NCBI GenBank assembly: GCA_951406725.2
Contig: OX597828.1
Location: 58,528,001-58,592,000 of the forward strand
Source of the DNA: Octopus vulgaris
Lineage: Eukaryota
DNA: 64,000 nt
Direction: 5' to 3'
Positions 51,412-64,000 of this stretch are shown here, in pieces. Below the pieces are notes generated by a model. It saw only the letters and a program-made list of their open reading frames with translations, was not told the DNA's origin and made no database searches. The first letter of the stretch is position 1. Each line of letters opens with the position of its first letter. The translations under genes and the position numbers were made by a program.

Positions 51412-52915
51412 CACTGGGTAACAAGAAAAATGTTTTGTCATGCTATTTAAACTTTTTCAGCTGATTTAAGGTAATTTTAGGGTGCTGAATCTGAATCTGA
51501 CATTAGTTTTCAAACACCTTTTGTAGTTTTTTAGTTATTCATAGCATCAGATTTTCCAACCAATTGATAATATTCACTAAGTAGTAGGCTATTTCCTTTT
51601 GATTTTCATTCATATACTAATTACTGAAACAAAAATAAATGCTGATAGAGGCAAATGTAGGCTATCGGTTAAATTGCCTCACAAGACGAGAATTTATTTT
51701 ACTTTGTTATCGCTGTAATTATAGTAAAGTTCTCCTCACAGTAGGCTATTGATATTAGGTTATAGTAAGACTCTTCATAGATTCCAGCAAAGCAAGCCTA
51801 AAAGTTGTTTTGCTGCACAATGGCAATCAAAAAACTTCAATACCACTAACACATGCTGTAGGACTAAAGGATAAAATTTTGCACTTGATTAACTATTCTG
51901 AGCACAAGTGGAATATATGCTGGGACTTGAAAAGAGTTTGTTTGCTTCTTTGGTTGCAAATGACATACACAAAGCATCAGGGCTTTTGCACCTTTGGAAC
52001 AGTAGAGATGATAAGCATCACTATGATCAAAAAGAGTTGCCAAAGAGAAGTGATTTTGCTCCAGGGAGATACAATGTTAAATATATTCCTTTAGTTCACT
52101 CTCAGAACATTTACCTTCCCCATCACTTGGTTTGTTCAAGAAATTTGTTAATCTCAGTGAAAAATTTATTTCTAGCAAGAGTGAAGCTAAGATCAAAGCT
52201 AGTGCTACACAATGGATCGGAAATTCGCGCACTAATTTGTGATGAGCTTTTTCAAGAAAAATTAAACCCAGTAGAGAAAACTACTTGGGAAAAGTTTGTT
52301 TTCTCTTGTAAAAAATTTTGGGAAATGAAAAATCATCTAACTATGTTGCAATTGTGAATGATTTCTTGAAAGCTTATAAGCAACTCAGAGCAAGAATGTC
52401 TCTAAAAATTTGTTTTCTCCACTCTCATCTTGACTTTTTCCCATCCAATATGGGTGATGTAAGCGATGAGCATGGTGAACAATTTCATCAAGAAATCAAA
52501 GAACTTGAAAGCCGCTATAGTGGCAGACTTACACCAAACATGCCGATGGACTATTGCTGGTTTTTAAAATGAGAAACGGACATGCAACATAAGTGTAAAA
52601 GATGCCAAAGCTATTTTTGGAAAACATAAAATAATAATATTCGCTTTACACTTTTGTTTTGTGTTTTATTGGTTTTAGAGTTATTTGTCCACCAAATTGT
52701 TCTTTTACCAAATAACGGTAATTTACACTTAACATAACATTCATCTTATTTGTCATGAATTTTCACATTATTGTAATTTTGATAGCAATATAATAATGAC
52801 AGCACAAAAACGTGACATGCTAGAGCAAAAATGATTGCAGATTCGGGATCAGCACTCCCGAATTACCTATGAGTACCATTTCATTTAATAGTAATACAAA
52901 TTTTGTGGCCTAGTG
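51412..52915 (+). mobile_element. Chapaev3-type (CMC) DNA transposon, internally deleted
   Basis: TAA|CACTGGGTAACAA ... TTGTGGCCTAGTG|TAA with 3-bp TSD; DSSKASLKVVLLHNGN, HKWNIC.DLK, MSLKI.FLHSHLDFFP, SDEHGEQFHQ, DYCW. Confidence 0.88.
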
Positions 52916-55900
52916 TAATTACCTCTTCTAGTTTTCTAACTAGTTCTCCCTCTAATCTATTTTTCTCTCTTCTAACTCTTTGCTAAATGCTATTGATTCT
53001 ACTCTAATTGTCTTCTTCAGGGTGCTCCACCACTGATTGTTGACATTTGCCCCCCCCCCCCCGTCAACTACTGCTTAACGAATCTGGTCCCTGTAGTCTT
53101 TGCATGCGAGAATGGATGTGTTCACCTTCCAGTAATCAGGTCTCCGTCAACTGGTCCTATGTAAATTGACTGTGCAGATCACAAATTTATGGTCTGTATA
53201 GCCAACCAATTTGAATTGTGGATAACTTATGCTATCCCTATTTGGATGATCCATTGTGGTTGCTTATGGCACATCAGGGAAATCCAGTTGATATCTGTTA
53301 GACAGTTGGAAGTTGCTGAGCAGGTTTTGAGGCTTTTGCACCCACTTCTGTCATATACTAGACCCACTCAGTCCTTCCATGCATCCAGAATACTATTCCA
53401 GTCCTCTATTAGTACTGAAGTGCAAGACATTTCCAGACAGCTTTCTAGATGCCTGAAAAAATCTGGCCTTCTTTAGGCATCTAGAAACAGCCACCAATCT
53501 AAAGGTGTCACCTTCACTGCCATTCACGTCTAGGACAGTTTGTCCAAGAAGGTTGCCTTTACTTTGAGACCCAAGGATTTTCAGAATAGCACTGCTGCTG
53601 CCAACAGACCACAAGATAAGAATATCTTGTAGTTTTCAAAAATGGATGTTCGAGCATGCTTCCTGGAAATTCTTGTCTCACTAATGGCAGCCACATCTAA
53701 GTCAAGAGACCTGAAATCATTGAGTGGGTGACCCCACTTCCAAACTGAATCCAGGCCCTGAACATTTACACCAACCTACTCTAAGTGTAGCTATTGAGAT
53801 TAGAGAAAAGAAAATGAAGTCATTTACCTTGGTCTTTGGGAATGACTGTTGAAACAGTCTTCTTTTTGGGTGAGGGGAGAAAGTTTTTTCTAGGAAGCTT
53901 TATTTGGGGCACTTACTGAAACCTCCAATATCCAGGCGGAATTTCTGTTTTAAATCCAGATACATATTTGTATCTGTTTTGATCAGCATTCTGTCCAATG
54001 AAGTTTTCAGGAGCTCAGTAAAACTTAGAATATTTTCGTTGTTAATTACTTCTCTAATCAACTCACTGTTGCTCTTCTGAACAGTGAAGTTAATGAAAGA
54101 AGTACCTGAGAGTGTGACTGTTTGTCATTTTGTTTTACAGGTGTTTCTTTTTGTTTTTGTGATTTTTAAAATTCATTTGTGGTTGTGAAAACATAAAACT
54201 GGATTTTTTTTTTGTTGTGATGGTGTTGCTGTTTTTTTCATAGTTTTGTAATGGATTTTCTATATTTCCCTCGTGTCTTAAGGACCTGTTTCAGTTTGTC
54301 TTCCTTTTATCTCTGACAAAGGCTTTTTAGTGCAATTTCAACAGGGTCTTTGCTTTTGTGAGACCTAAGTCAGAGGAAAGAGGCAGATGTGAGCTGGTCA
54401 TAGTGTTCTCACCTTGGGGAGTTGGTAGTAATGTTGGAGAACTTCATGCTTCCTCCACAATGGAGCAAAAGAGGCTTTGAGGTGGTTCGTATTCCCACAC
54501 TTGAAACAATTTTTTCTCCTTTGATAAAAACTGGCATCTGTTCACATTCCCCGAAACAGAAAAAAAAATCAGTAATGTGATTTATTTCTTCTGGAGAAAC
54601 TAATATCTGGAATTCCAATCCTGTTGAGGGGTAGTCTTTACCTCCAGAATCTCCCCATACTCTTCCAGAATGGCTATGACACTCACTGGATCATGGGTGA
54701 ACCAGCACGCTCTTCACTTAAATTCAAGTCAACTTTTTACCCATATAATAGGGAAGCATAATAAAGGTCTGGGATGTGCAAGTAATAGTTGCATTCTTGT
54801 GGTGCTTGCTGCTGCGGATAGCAACTACCGTCCCATATTGTTTACCTTTATACATGTGTAGCACTGAGGGCCACACATCTTGGAGGTATTTTTCTGTGTC
54901 TACCAATGAAAGAAATTCAAGTTTCCACTCTTTGTGAAAAACATGTTAGACAATGATTTTTTTTCTTCCTACTCACTAAGGCATATAACACCTGGTTTTA
55001 CGTCATTTTTGTACTGGGCGACTTTATCTTTCCGATCTTGCATCAAATGCACGGTCCACTGGTTGACTATCCTCAAAAAAGATAACAGTTGTCATGGTTC
55101 TTTGTTACTGTCTTCCATGTTGTTGTTATTGTTTCTGCTGCTGTAGTATACATTGTTGTTGCTGCTTCTTGTACCTTTGCAGGTGTTGCTGTGCCATAGC
55201 AACAAGATGAAATTCTGTTTCTTTGTATCGATAAATAACTCCAGCTGTGTCCACAGTCAGAGTTAAAACTGGGCCGACAGAATGCTGTCCATTGTTGATC
55301 ATTATTACATTGTTTTTATTGGCATCTTTTTAAAGATTGGAAAATATATACGAACGCTTGTTTCCATACTAATGTAAAATAAATATTACTGAGTTTACAC
55401 CTCCCAAAAGGGGGGGGGGGCTATTGCACGGAAATGTTACCATCACAATTCAGGCAATAGCAGTAGTAGTAATAATAATAATGTAGGAGGGAGAGAGGTA
55501 AAAAGAAAAGCAAAGACAAAGCAAGAATACTTAAATGAATTTATTTTGAGTTTTAGATACATTTCTGCACTAGATGTAGTTGAGCTAATCCAGATATATG
55601 AAAATCAGATGAAACGGTGATTTAAACCCGAAGGGCATTGATAAAAACCTGTTTAAAATGAACAATTGTGGATTCTGCTTGTGTCTCCTAAAAATATTCT
55701 CTAAAATCTCAGTCTTTCCTCTGCAGTTTTTTTTGAATGATTAAAAATTCTTTATTATGAAGATGTGTGCAGTAAAATCGTTTGAACATGTGTTGACTGT
55801 GTGAGAGATGGAGAAAATATTAGCAATAATATTTTTAAGGACAATGCTGACCCATTAGTATTTGTAGTTGTTGGTTTGATGATCACAATGGTAATGGCTG

Positions 55901-57343
55901 GAACAGAGGAGCACAAGTAGCAATAGTGGTGGTGGTGGTGGTGGTGGTTGTGATCTGCTGTGATAGAGGCTAGGGGATGTTAATGGTCTGAAATTAAAAA
56001 AAAGGACAATACTCTAGATATTAGAAAGTAGTTATGCTTTTTAAAGTATTTATTTATTTTTTAATCAAATTATTTTCAAACAAAATTGTAAGAAAGCAAT
56101 GAAGTTCCTGCAAAATTAAGAATGATTGTGTTAAAGAAAAAATAGAGGCAAAAATGAGTTGATAAAATATTGAATGCCCAGCTTGTGGGTCACCAGTTCA
56201 TATCAGATGAAGGAACATAGCTGTGGTGTCTCTCTGAGTAAATTATTTTAATCATACATGTGTCAAATCATTGACCATTGGAATAGATTAGCAGATCTAG
56301 AAATATTGATTTCTAACACTGTCTATTAATGTGAAGAAAAAAAAAAGAATTTTGAGTCATGTAGATGATCTCAACCCCAGTGATTTGAAATGAATTAGAT
56401 TTCATCCTCACCAGGATGAGATAGATGGATGGTTATGAATACAAAGTCTTTCTTCAATGAAGAATGTTCTATACTATACAGACTAGTATTAAGTGACAAA
56501 TCAAATTCGATGACTGGCGTCTGTGCTAGCAGGATGCAAAGAGCACTATACGAGTGTGATCGTTGCCAGAGCGGCTATCTGGCTTCCGTGCAAGTGGCAG
56601 GTAAAAGGGCACCATTCGAGTGTGATCATTACCAATGTCGCCTTACCGGCACCTGTGCTGGTGGCATGTGTAAAAAGATTCGAGCGAGGTCGTTGCCAGT
56701 ACCACCTGACTTGCCCCCATGCCGGTGGTACATAAAAAGCACCCACTACATTCTTGGAGTGGTTGGCGTTAGGAAGGGCATCCAGCTGTAGAAACTGCCA
56801 AATCAAGATTGGAGCCTGGTGCAGCCATCTGGTTTGCCAGCCCTCAGTCAAAATCGTCCAACCCACGCTAGCAGGGAAAGCGGATGTTAAATGATGATGA
56901 TGGATCCAGAGACACAGAACAATCTGGAGAAGGGTGGTTATGGAAACAAAGATACTTTGGTTAGGCATAGGTTTAAAAAAATGCTAATTGATGCATTTGT
57001 TGAGGAGGAGATAGACGACACTTATAATACAGAGGATAACTGGGAGTTTCAATAAGATGTCTGGCTGCAAGCCACAGAACCGAATCTGTGGATGGATGGA
57101 GCAAGGTTACAACCACAGAGAAAGTGATATGGTGGTGGGATTATCCAGTAAACAGAGCCATAAAAGCTAAGAGACAAGCTTAGAAAGGATGGAAGGAAGT
57201 GAAGAGCAAGGAGCAATATCGGATAAGTAGAAGAAAAGCTAGATGTAACATGGAGAGAAGCTGAAGGTAAGAGTTTTAATAATATTCTGCAAAATGAAGA
57301 TGAGAGGCATAATGTGTAGCAGATAGATATACTTCTCACTTAC

Positions 57344-57457
57344 CAGATTTAAAAGATATTTTTTCATCTCTTCCAATATTGTTCTATCAGTCTGTAGCAG
57401 TGGGGACAAGAACTTCAGCATCAATATCATGAAGAACAACCTCGTTACCAACGGCAG
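57344..57457 (-). CDS. Candidate exon of the - strand gene (stop-containing or dual-frame)
   Basis: TTTTTTAAG acceptor and GTAAGT donor. Phase-1 entry gives (T)AVGNEVVLHDIDAEVLVPTATD* with TGA at 57389-57387; the phase-0 frame is open throughout. Confidence 0.5.
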
Positions 57458-58170
57458 CTTAAAAAATAAATAGAAGAAGGAAAAATACTTAGAAACAACT
57501 CTACAAGTCAGTGAGTCACTTTTTAAGTTGATCATTTTGTTTAGTTTTAAAGAATGCCCAGTATGATGAATTTCCTCTAAAGAAATGTCAAGTAACTTCA
57601 CTTCTGATGAATGAATCAATTACTGAGCTCAGAAGATGTTTTGGTTCCATTAAGATGAAGAAAGAATAGAATTATAGAATAGAAAATAACATGAGACGAG
57701 CCTCACTAAATGTGATATAAATCATTATCATCATCATTATTATTTCACATCCGCTTTCCATGCTGACATGGGTTGGATGGCTCAACTGGAGCTGGAAAAG
57801 CCAGGATCCACATCAGGCTCCATTGCTGTTTTACGTGGCACCATCATCAGTGCTTTTTGCAGGACACCGTCACTAACAGGGTCACCAAGTACCTTCCAAA
57901 ACAAAACCCCCTCAACTGGGATGGGGGGGGGGGAGATAGTATGGATAATAATTATTCCTTTTATTGCAGGCACAAGGTCTAAAATTTTGGGGGAGGAGGC
58001 TGGTTAATTACATTGATCCCAGTATTTGACTGGTTCTTATCTTATCAACCTTGAAAGGATGAAAGACAAAGTCAGCCTCGGTGCAACTTCAACTCAAGCC
58101 ATAAAGACAGACAAAATGCCACTAATCATTTCAGCCAGTTCACCACCTTGATATTAATAATAATTATAAT

Positions 58171-58205
<35 letters not shown>

Positions 58206-58206
58206 C

Positions 58207-58264
58207 TGGTTTCTTCAACACTAGGAATCCAGATTTCCGGCATTACACTTACGGTGGATAATTC
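58207..58264 (-). CDS. Internal exon of the - strand gene
   Basis: Polypyrimidine tract plus AAG acceptor; ELSTVSVMPEIWIPSVEET; GTAAGT donor; phase 0/1. Confidence 0.6.
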
Positions 58265-59036
58265 CTTCAACAATAAAAGAGAAGAAAGTTTAAAAAAATG
58301 GTATTCATTTGAAATTAATTGAAAACTACAGTTTTTCTAAATTAATATATAACAGAGTAATGGCTTAGTGATTAGAGCATCGGGCTCACCATCATGAAGT
58401 AGTGAGTTTGATTCCTGTTGGCATGGCTGTGTGTTTAAGGTGTTCTTTTTGTGACCATGAAGTTCAAGGTTTGATCCCCTCGTGAGGCAGCTTGGCTAAT
58501 TGCATTCTGCCATAAGCTCAAATCAACCAATGCTTTATGAGTAGAATTTGGAAGATGAAAGTATACAGAAGTGCACGCGCGTGTGTGTGTGTGTCACTGA
58601 TGTATATCAGTAGAGTATATTATATAAACATCAATGAGAAACTGAAAAACTGGATGGTCTTATGAATGTACTCCCTTGAAGTATTTTGTTCTGCATCAAC
58701 TTAGACAAACTCCCTGTCAGAAATGTAATGCTTTCGTGATTGGCTAATTGGACATCTGACATCAATGATGCTATACTTCACAAACTGCAATATTAAATAA
58801 AGCTAAAATGTTGTTAAAATATATAGCTATAATATCACGTGATTACATGACTGACCAGACTATCAGATGCTGTTACACATCACTGGTCACAATGCGCTTT
58901 GCATTGTTTTAGCCATCATATGATGCCACCCTACTGGCTAGGGCAAACAGGCCAACATTCAGGGGACTGGAACAACGCAAAATGAAGTGCTTTGTCCAAG
59001 AACACAATGTGCCACCCAGTCTGGGAATCAACCCAC

Positions 59037-59368
59037 GATCTAGTGATCTAATGATCGAGTGATCTAGTGATCGAGTGATCTAGTGATCTAATGATCTAGT
59101 GATCTAATGATCTAGTGATCTAATGATCGAGTGATCTAATGATCGAGTGATCGAGTGATCTAGTGATCTAATGATCTAGTGATCTAATGATCGAGTGATC
59201 TAATGATCTAGTGATCGAGTGATCTAGTGATCTAGTGATCTAATGATCTAGTGATCGAGTGATCTAGTGATCTAGTGATCTAGTGATCGAGTGATCTAGT
59301 GATCGAGTGATCTAGTGATCGAGTGATCTAGTGATCTAATGATTTAGTGATCTAGTGATCTAATGATC
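59037..59368. repeat. 8-bp GATCNRRT minisatellite (41 units) inside a SINE head
   Basis: Units GATCTAGT, GATCTAAT and GATCGAGT, with one GATTTAGT variant. Confidence 0.95.
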
Positions 59369-59607
59369 GTAAGTGCAACAGCCAAACCACCAGGTCATGC
59401 GCCTAGGGGTTATATACTGGAATTAATTGTGCCTAGGGGTTAATATTACTGGAATTAACTGCAGGTTTATTAGAGCAGAAAATCCAGGATCACAAATCAC
59501 GAACTGGGAGTCAAAAGCCATATTTAAGTCAGCTATTTTAACTCTAAGATAGCTTAACGTATTGCACACAAAAATATATGTTCAACTATTTTATTTCCAA
59601 ACAAAAA

Positions 59608-60018
59608 GGATCTTTTCAGTTTGACCGACAGTTTTTAAAAATAATTTCCATGTAACTAAACACTTTTAAACTTCGTATACTGGTAGAATGTGTTTATAAA
59701 ACATCTTTTTCTCTTGGCTTTCTTGAGAAAATTCTATAGTTTGTAAGATATTTGTTGTTTATTTTCTTCAATTTCTGCAATTTCAACCAATCAATGACGT
59801 CTATTGAGGTGAAAACATTCTGTGCCGTATGAATATGTCCCTCGTTTAAGAAACAAATTGTGTTTATTTACATTTCTGAAGAAAAAAAGATACCCTTCCC
59901 CCTAACCCTAACTCTAAAATAGATTGAAATGCAATAGATCGATACTAGGGTCATAATTATGGGTGACAATTTCATATGACACCGCTAAAAAAAACTGCTG
60001 TTCAAACCGAAAAGAACC
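59608..60018. mobile_element. Merlin-type MITE
   Basis: 29-bp imperfect TIRs beginning GG (GGATCTTTTCAGTTTGA / TCAAACCGAAAAGAACC); exact 8-bp TSD AACAAAAA; internal CCCTAACCCTAAC. Confidence 0.8.
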
Positions 60019-60065
60019 AACAAAAATAACAAAAACAAATCTTATTTTGTAAAAATGAAACTCAC

Positions 60066-60135
60066 TTTAGATTGTTCTGAAGCATCCAGCTCTAAGACAG
60101 TTTGGCAAACATCTTCTGGAGTATCCACAAGAACA
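60066..60135 (-). CDS. Internal exon of the - strand gene
   Basis: TTTCAG acceptor; (S)VLVDTPEDVCQTVLELDASEQSK; GTGAGT donor; phase 2/0 matches both neighbours. Confidence 0.7.
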
Positions 60136-61684
60136 CTGAAAGGGAATTTAAAATAAGTTATCAGACAGGATGTTTATTTTCATCTATTACTTTCTGGCCT
60201 TAATCAAGACGTAGAGGAGAACATCACACGAAGAAGAAAAACAAAGATGGTCACAAGAATTGGTTTGTTGGTGATTATCTGTCAGATGAGTAACAGAAAT
60301 AGAAGCAGTATTTGTTGCTAACCATTAGAATGAAACAGTGACTAATATTTTAGGGAGAGTTCATTGTCAAATTTCCTCTGCCATGAGAAAAAATCCCTAC
60401 TCTCCTATCAATATACACACATCCCTACTTCAACTCAAACCACACTGACATTCATCTTTTACGCTGCCACCACCGCCACCACTTGGCAACATCCATGGAA
60501 TAGGTGAGACAACTTGATTGCAGCTGAGAAGCCAGAGAGATGCACCACACTTCAGTCGTCTGTTTTGGTATGGTTTCTACAGCCAGGTGCCCTTCCTAAT
60601 GCCAACCACTCTACAGAGTGTACTGGGTGTCTTTTACACATCACCTGCACAGGTGCCTTTTATGTGTTACTGGCAGTGGCCATGACCACTAATAATTTCA
60701 CTCAAAATCTAATATTCACAAGTGTCTTAATTCGAAATTGAAAAATTTTTTTAAAGTTACATCTGCACACACATACACTCATTCTCATTGTAATTTAACA
60801 TCTATCTCCCAATTTGACACGAACTGGATGGTTTTTAAGGACCCAACAGGCCAGAAGTATATGCTGAGCTCCAATGTCTGCTTTGGCATGGTTTCTATGG
60901 CTGGTTCCTTTTCCTAAAGCCTACCACTTTACAGAGTGAACTGGGACCAGCAAGACCCCTAGACTGAGTGGAGGTGTACTCTTTTACTTGTTTCAGTCAT
61001 TTGACTGTGGCCGTGCTGGAGCACCACCTTTAGTCAAGCAAATCGACCCCAGGACTTATTCTTTGTAAGCCTAATACTTATTCTATTGGTCTCTTTTGCC
61101 AAACTGCTAAGTTATGGTGACGTAAACACACCAGCATCGGTTGTCAAGCGATGTTGGGGGGACAAACACAGACACACACACATATATATATACATATGTG
61201 CGATAGGCTTCTTTCAGTTTCCCTCTACCAAATCCACTCACAAGGCTTTGGTCGACCCAGTAGAAGACACTTGCCCAAGGTGCCACGCAGTGGGACTGAA
61301 CCCGGAAGCATGTGGTTGGTAAACAAGCTACTTACCACATCATTTTATAGTATGCAAATATGGTTGAGTCCCATTGAGAAGCACCTTGGGTAAGTGTCTT
61401 CTACTATAACATCAAATTGACCATTTGCTTGGTAAACAAAAAGTGTGTGTGTGTGTGTGTGTTTACTTTTAACATCCAGTAACTTAGCAGCTCAACAAAT
61501 AGAAGCTGATGAAAAATGTTAAATGTGATCAAATAAAAGCATGGAGGAATATGTAAGCATAGTCAGCCTTATTGAAATTTACGCATGATTAATCTCTTTA
61601 TTATCTCAATGCTCCAAAATTACCATTCTAGTAGAATTAAATGTTTTGGAAGCCAAGCAAACAATACAATGGAAAATCTCTCAC

Positions 61685-61947
61685 CTTGAAACCATTTCAA
61701 CTGTTTGTCTGTCCTCCACAATATTCACATTGTCCACTGGGTACCACGACGACGGTTCAGAGGCTATGCTGTTGTCTGCATCTGTTTTATCATATTGAGA
61801 AGGATCTGGTGAGCTGCAACTTGACTTGTAAATATATTGATCTGTGTTGTCACTGGTTATTTCAGAATCACCTTTTCTTAAGAATTCATTTACTTTCTTT
61901 AGAGCCAAGCTAAACTTTTCTTTGTACTCAGATTCTTCTCCTTTTTT
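61685..61947 (-). CDS. Internal exon of the - strand gene (possible PWWP C-terminal helices plus acidic region)
   Basis: Long polypyrimidine tract plus CCAG; KKGEESEYKEKFSLALKKVNEFLRKG...EMVS; GTGAG donor; phase 0/2. Confidence 0.75.
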
Positions 61948-62984
61948 CTGGAGAAAGAGAAAAAGAAAGAAAGAAAAGAAAAAAACAAAAACAAATGAAA
62001 ACAGCAGGTAACTGTCATTTAAATTTTGCTTAGAAACAATCATTCTGTCATTCTTACTTTTAGAGAAAGAACTACACAACTGTATTCCAAGCCTTTCATT
62101 CACTCCACAACTCTTTAAGAAAATAGGAATGTTACACACACGCGCGCACTTCTGTATACTTTCATCTTCCAACCCATGCTAGCATGGAAAGCGGACGTTA
62201 AACGATGATGATGATGTTATCATCATCATTTAACAGCCTTTTTCCATGCTGGTATGGGTTGGACGGCTTGATAGGAACTGGTAAAACCAGGAGCCACACC
62301 AGGTTAAACAGTCCACTTTGGCTTGGTTTCTACAGCTGGATGCCCTTCCTAACACCAACCGCTCCACCACAGAATGTGCCGGGTGCTTTTCATGTGGCAC
62401 CATTACCAGTGCTTTTACATAAGACCATCACCCACACCAATGCCCTTTATGTGGCACCTTGGTTTTAGGATCTCAATTCTGCTGTGGTGGGCGGCTCTTC
62501 TCAAGTACAGCATTGAGCCCCATATCTCGGTCTTCTGCAGTTAGCCTCTAACTTTTATCATTTGTAAATTTATGAGAGTGGGCTGTTTATTAATTTTAGA
62601 ATTAATTAGGGCCATGTATATCATGGTTTTCAGAATAAGTACACTGCAATTTTGCAGATTATAAGAAAGAATGAAAAAGGATGGCGTCAGAAAGGAGATC
62701 CAGCTATAAACCAAGGCTACAAAATGTCCAACTGATTCCAGCAGGGAAAAGTGAACGTAAAAACAATGACAAATCAATATTTCTTATGGTTAATCATGAA
62801 AAAGAAAAGAAACTTGTAGTAGGCGCAGGAGTGGCTGTGTGGTAAGTAGCTTGCTTACGAATCACATGGTTCCGGGTTCATTACCACTGCGTGGCACCTT
62901 GGGCAAGTGTCTTCTACTATAGCCTCGGGCTGACCAAAGCCTTGTGAGTGGATTTGGTAGACGGAAACTGAAAGAAGCCTGTCG

Positions 62985-63015
<31 letters not shown>

Positions 63016-63196
63016 TTATGTCCTCGTAACTTAGTGGTTCGGCAAAAGAGACCGATAGAATAAGTACTAGGCTTACAAAGAATAAGTCCTGGGTTCGATT
63101 TGCTCGACTAAAAGTGGTGCTCCAGCATGGCCACAGTCAAATGACCGAAACAAGTAAAAGAGTAAAAAAAAGAAAAAAAAAAAAGAGTACACTTAC

Positions 63197-63263
63197 AATA
63201 AATTCTTCTTTTCGTAGATCATTGAATGGGATAACCGATTCCTTGTTGTAACGAATGCCAAAC
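63197..63263 (-). CDS. Internal exon of the - strand gene
   Basis: CTCCCTCAG acceptor; FGIRYNKESVIPFNDLRKEEFI; GTAAGT donor; phase 2/0. Confidence 0.7.
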
Positions 63264-63603
63264 CTGAGGGAGATGGAAAATGATATTCACAAAACCTTTC
63301 AACATAAAGCATGAAGATACAATTGATGGGGTGAGGTGGGAGCTGGGGCTAGGTGCAGTCCTACTGTATGGCACTGAGGCAAGTGTCTTCTACTTACAGC
63401 CCTAGGCTGACCAGATCTGGTGAGTAAATTTTGTGGACAGAACCTCTCTCTCTCTCTCTCACACACATAAATATCAAACAATGAGAATGAATGCTTAACA
63501 ATGCATTAGTGGATTAGGATTTTTGAGTGTTACGGCTACCATTGGTTTCATGTTAAGGAATACCTCAACAATTATGAAGCCTATCATATGGAAACATTAT
63601 ACA

Positions 63604-63640
<37 letters not shown>

Positions 63641-64000
63641 GTAAATAATGTATATGTAATATATATATATAAAAATACAAAATGGGACAAGAACGCAAAA
63701 CATTCAAATAGACGATACAAAAAAAAAGGACGGGTCATTCGAAGCCTCTAATCTTCAGTCAAGAACCGGATCATCCTCGCAATAAATAATGTATATGTAA
63801 TATATATAAATATAATACGAGGGAACTAGGCTACTGGAGTTCTGTGATGCATGTAACCTTTTAATCTGCAACACTAATTTCAGGAAACCAACATACACAC
63901 ACATATATATATATATATTAGTACCAGAGCTCTTGTCTTCTCCATCTACAATAAGAACCCTGAACTGTAAAAGCTTGGGTTTGAAGGGTCCATGACTAGT

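Larger units (their letters stand above)
49600..55330 (-). mobile_element. Degraded Tx1/L1-clade LINE (ORF1, AP endonuclease, linker, RT start) with two nested insertions
   Basis: Collinear - strand motifs: ILEEYGEILEV (ORF1, about 54650), VNVQGL..DVAAISETR (about 53770-53670), LIEDWNSILD, TDHKFV, YWKVNTSIL, IIRAK (about 51330), PGLDGLPYEF (about 49775). Confidence 0.75.

Noticed and set aside
53826-55330. Possible continuation of the - strand host gene
   Set aside because: Multiple stops and collinearity with downstream endonuclease motifs indicate LINE ORF1.
63920-63965. Candidate further upstream exon of the - strand gene
   Set aside because: Weak donor, and the reading I tested is phase-incompatible with the 63263 exon.

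Overview
AT-rich, microsatellite- and SINE-dense animal genomic DNA. The SINE families and (CAT)n/(TAA)n tails look like Octopus (coleoid cephalopod); this rests on recognition, not a database search. Almost all ORFs in the supplied track are repeat artefacts. Two host genes can be spliced by hand. The first is a complete 5-exon + strand SAXO1/2 (FAM154) family gene (CDS 16544-38037, 456 aa, canonical phase-consistent GT-AG junctions) with RFX X-box, forkhead and ETS motifs upstream. The second is the 3' part of a convergent - strand gene (exons 63263 to 57344), possibly PWWP/MUM1-like. Between them (39.1-55.3 kb) is a nested transposon cluster: pogo MITE, Helitron, Merlin, piggyBac, Gypsy-like LTR, CR1, RTE, Chapaev3 and Tx1/L1. 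Observations worth follow-up: three minimal hammerhead ribozyme motifs (one about 0.5 kb past the SAXO stop on the sense strand), a 156-bp-arm near-perfect palindrome, a 62-bp tandem array whose - strand consensus reads polypyrimidine-CAG-18 nt-GTAAGT, a hidden foldback at the start of SAXO intron 1, and a three-variant GATC octamer minisatellite born inside a SINE. No CRISPR, rRNA or genuine tRNA gene was found, and I cannot claim a demonstrably new biological system from sequence alone.
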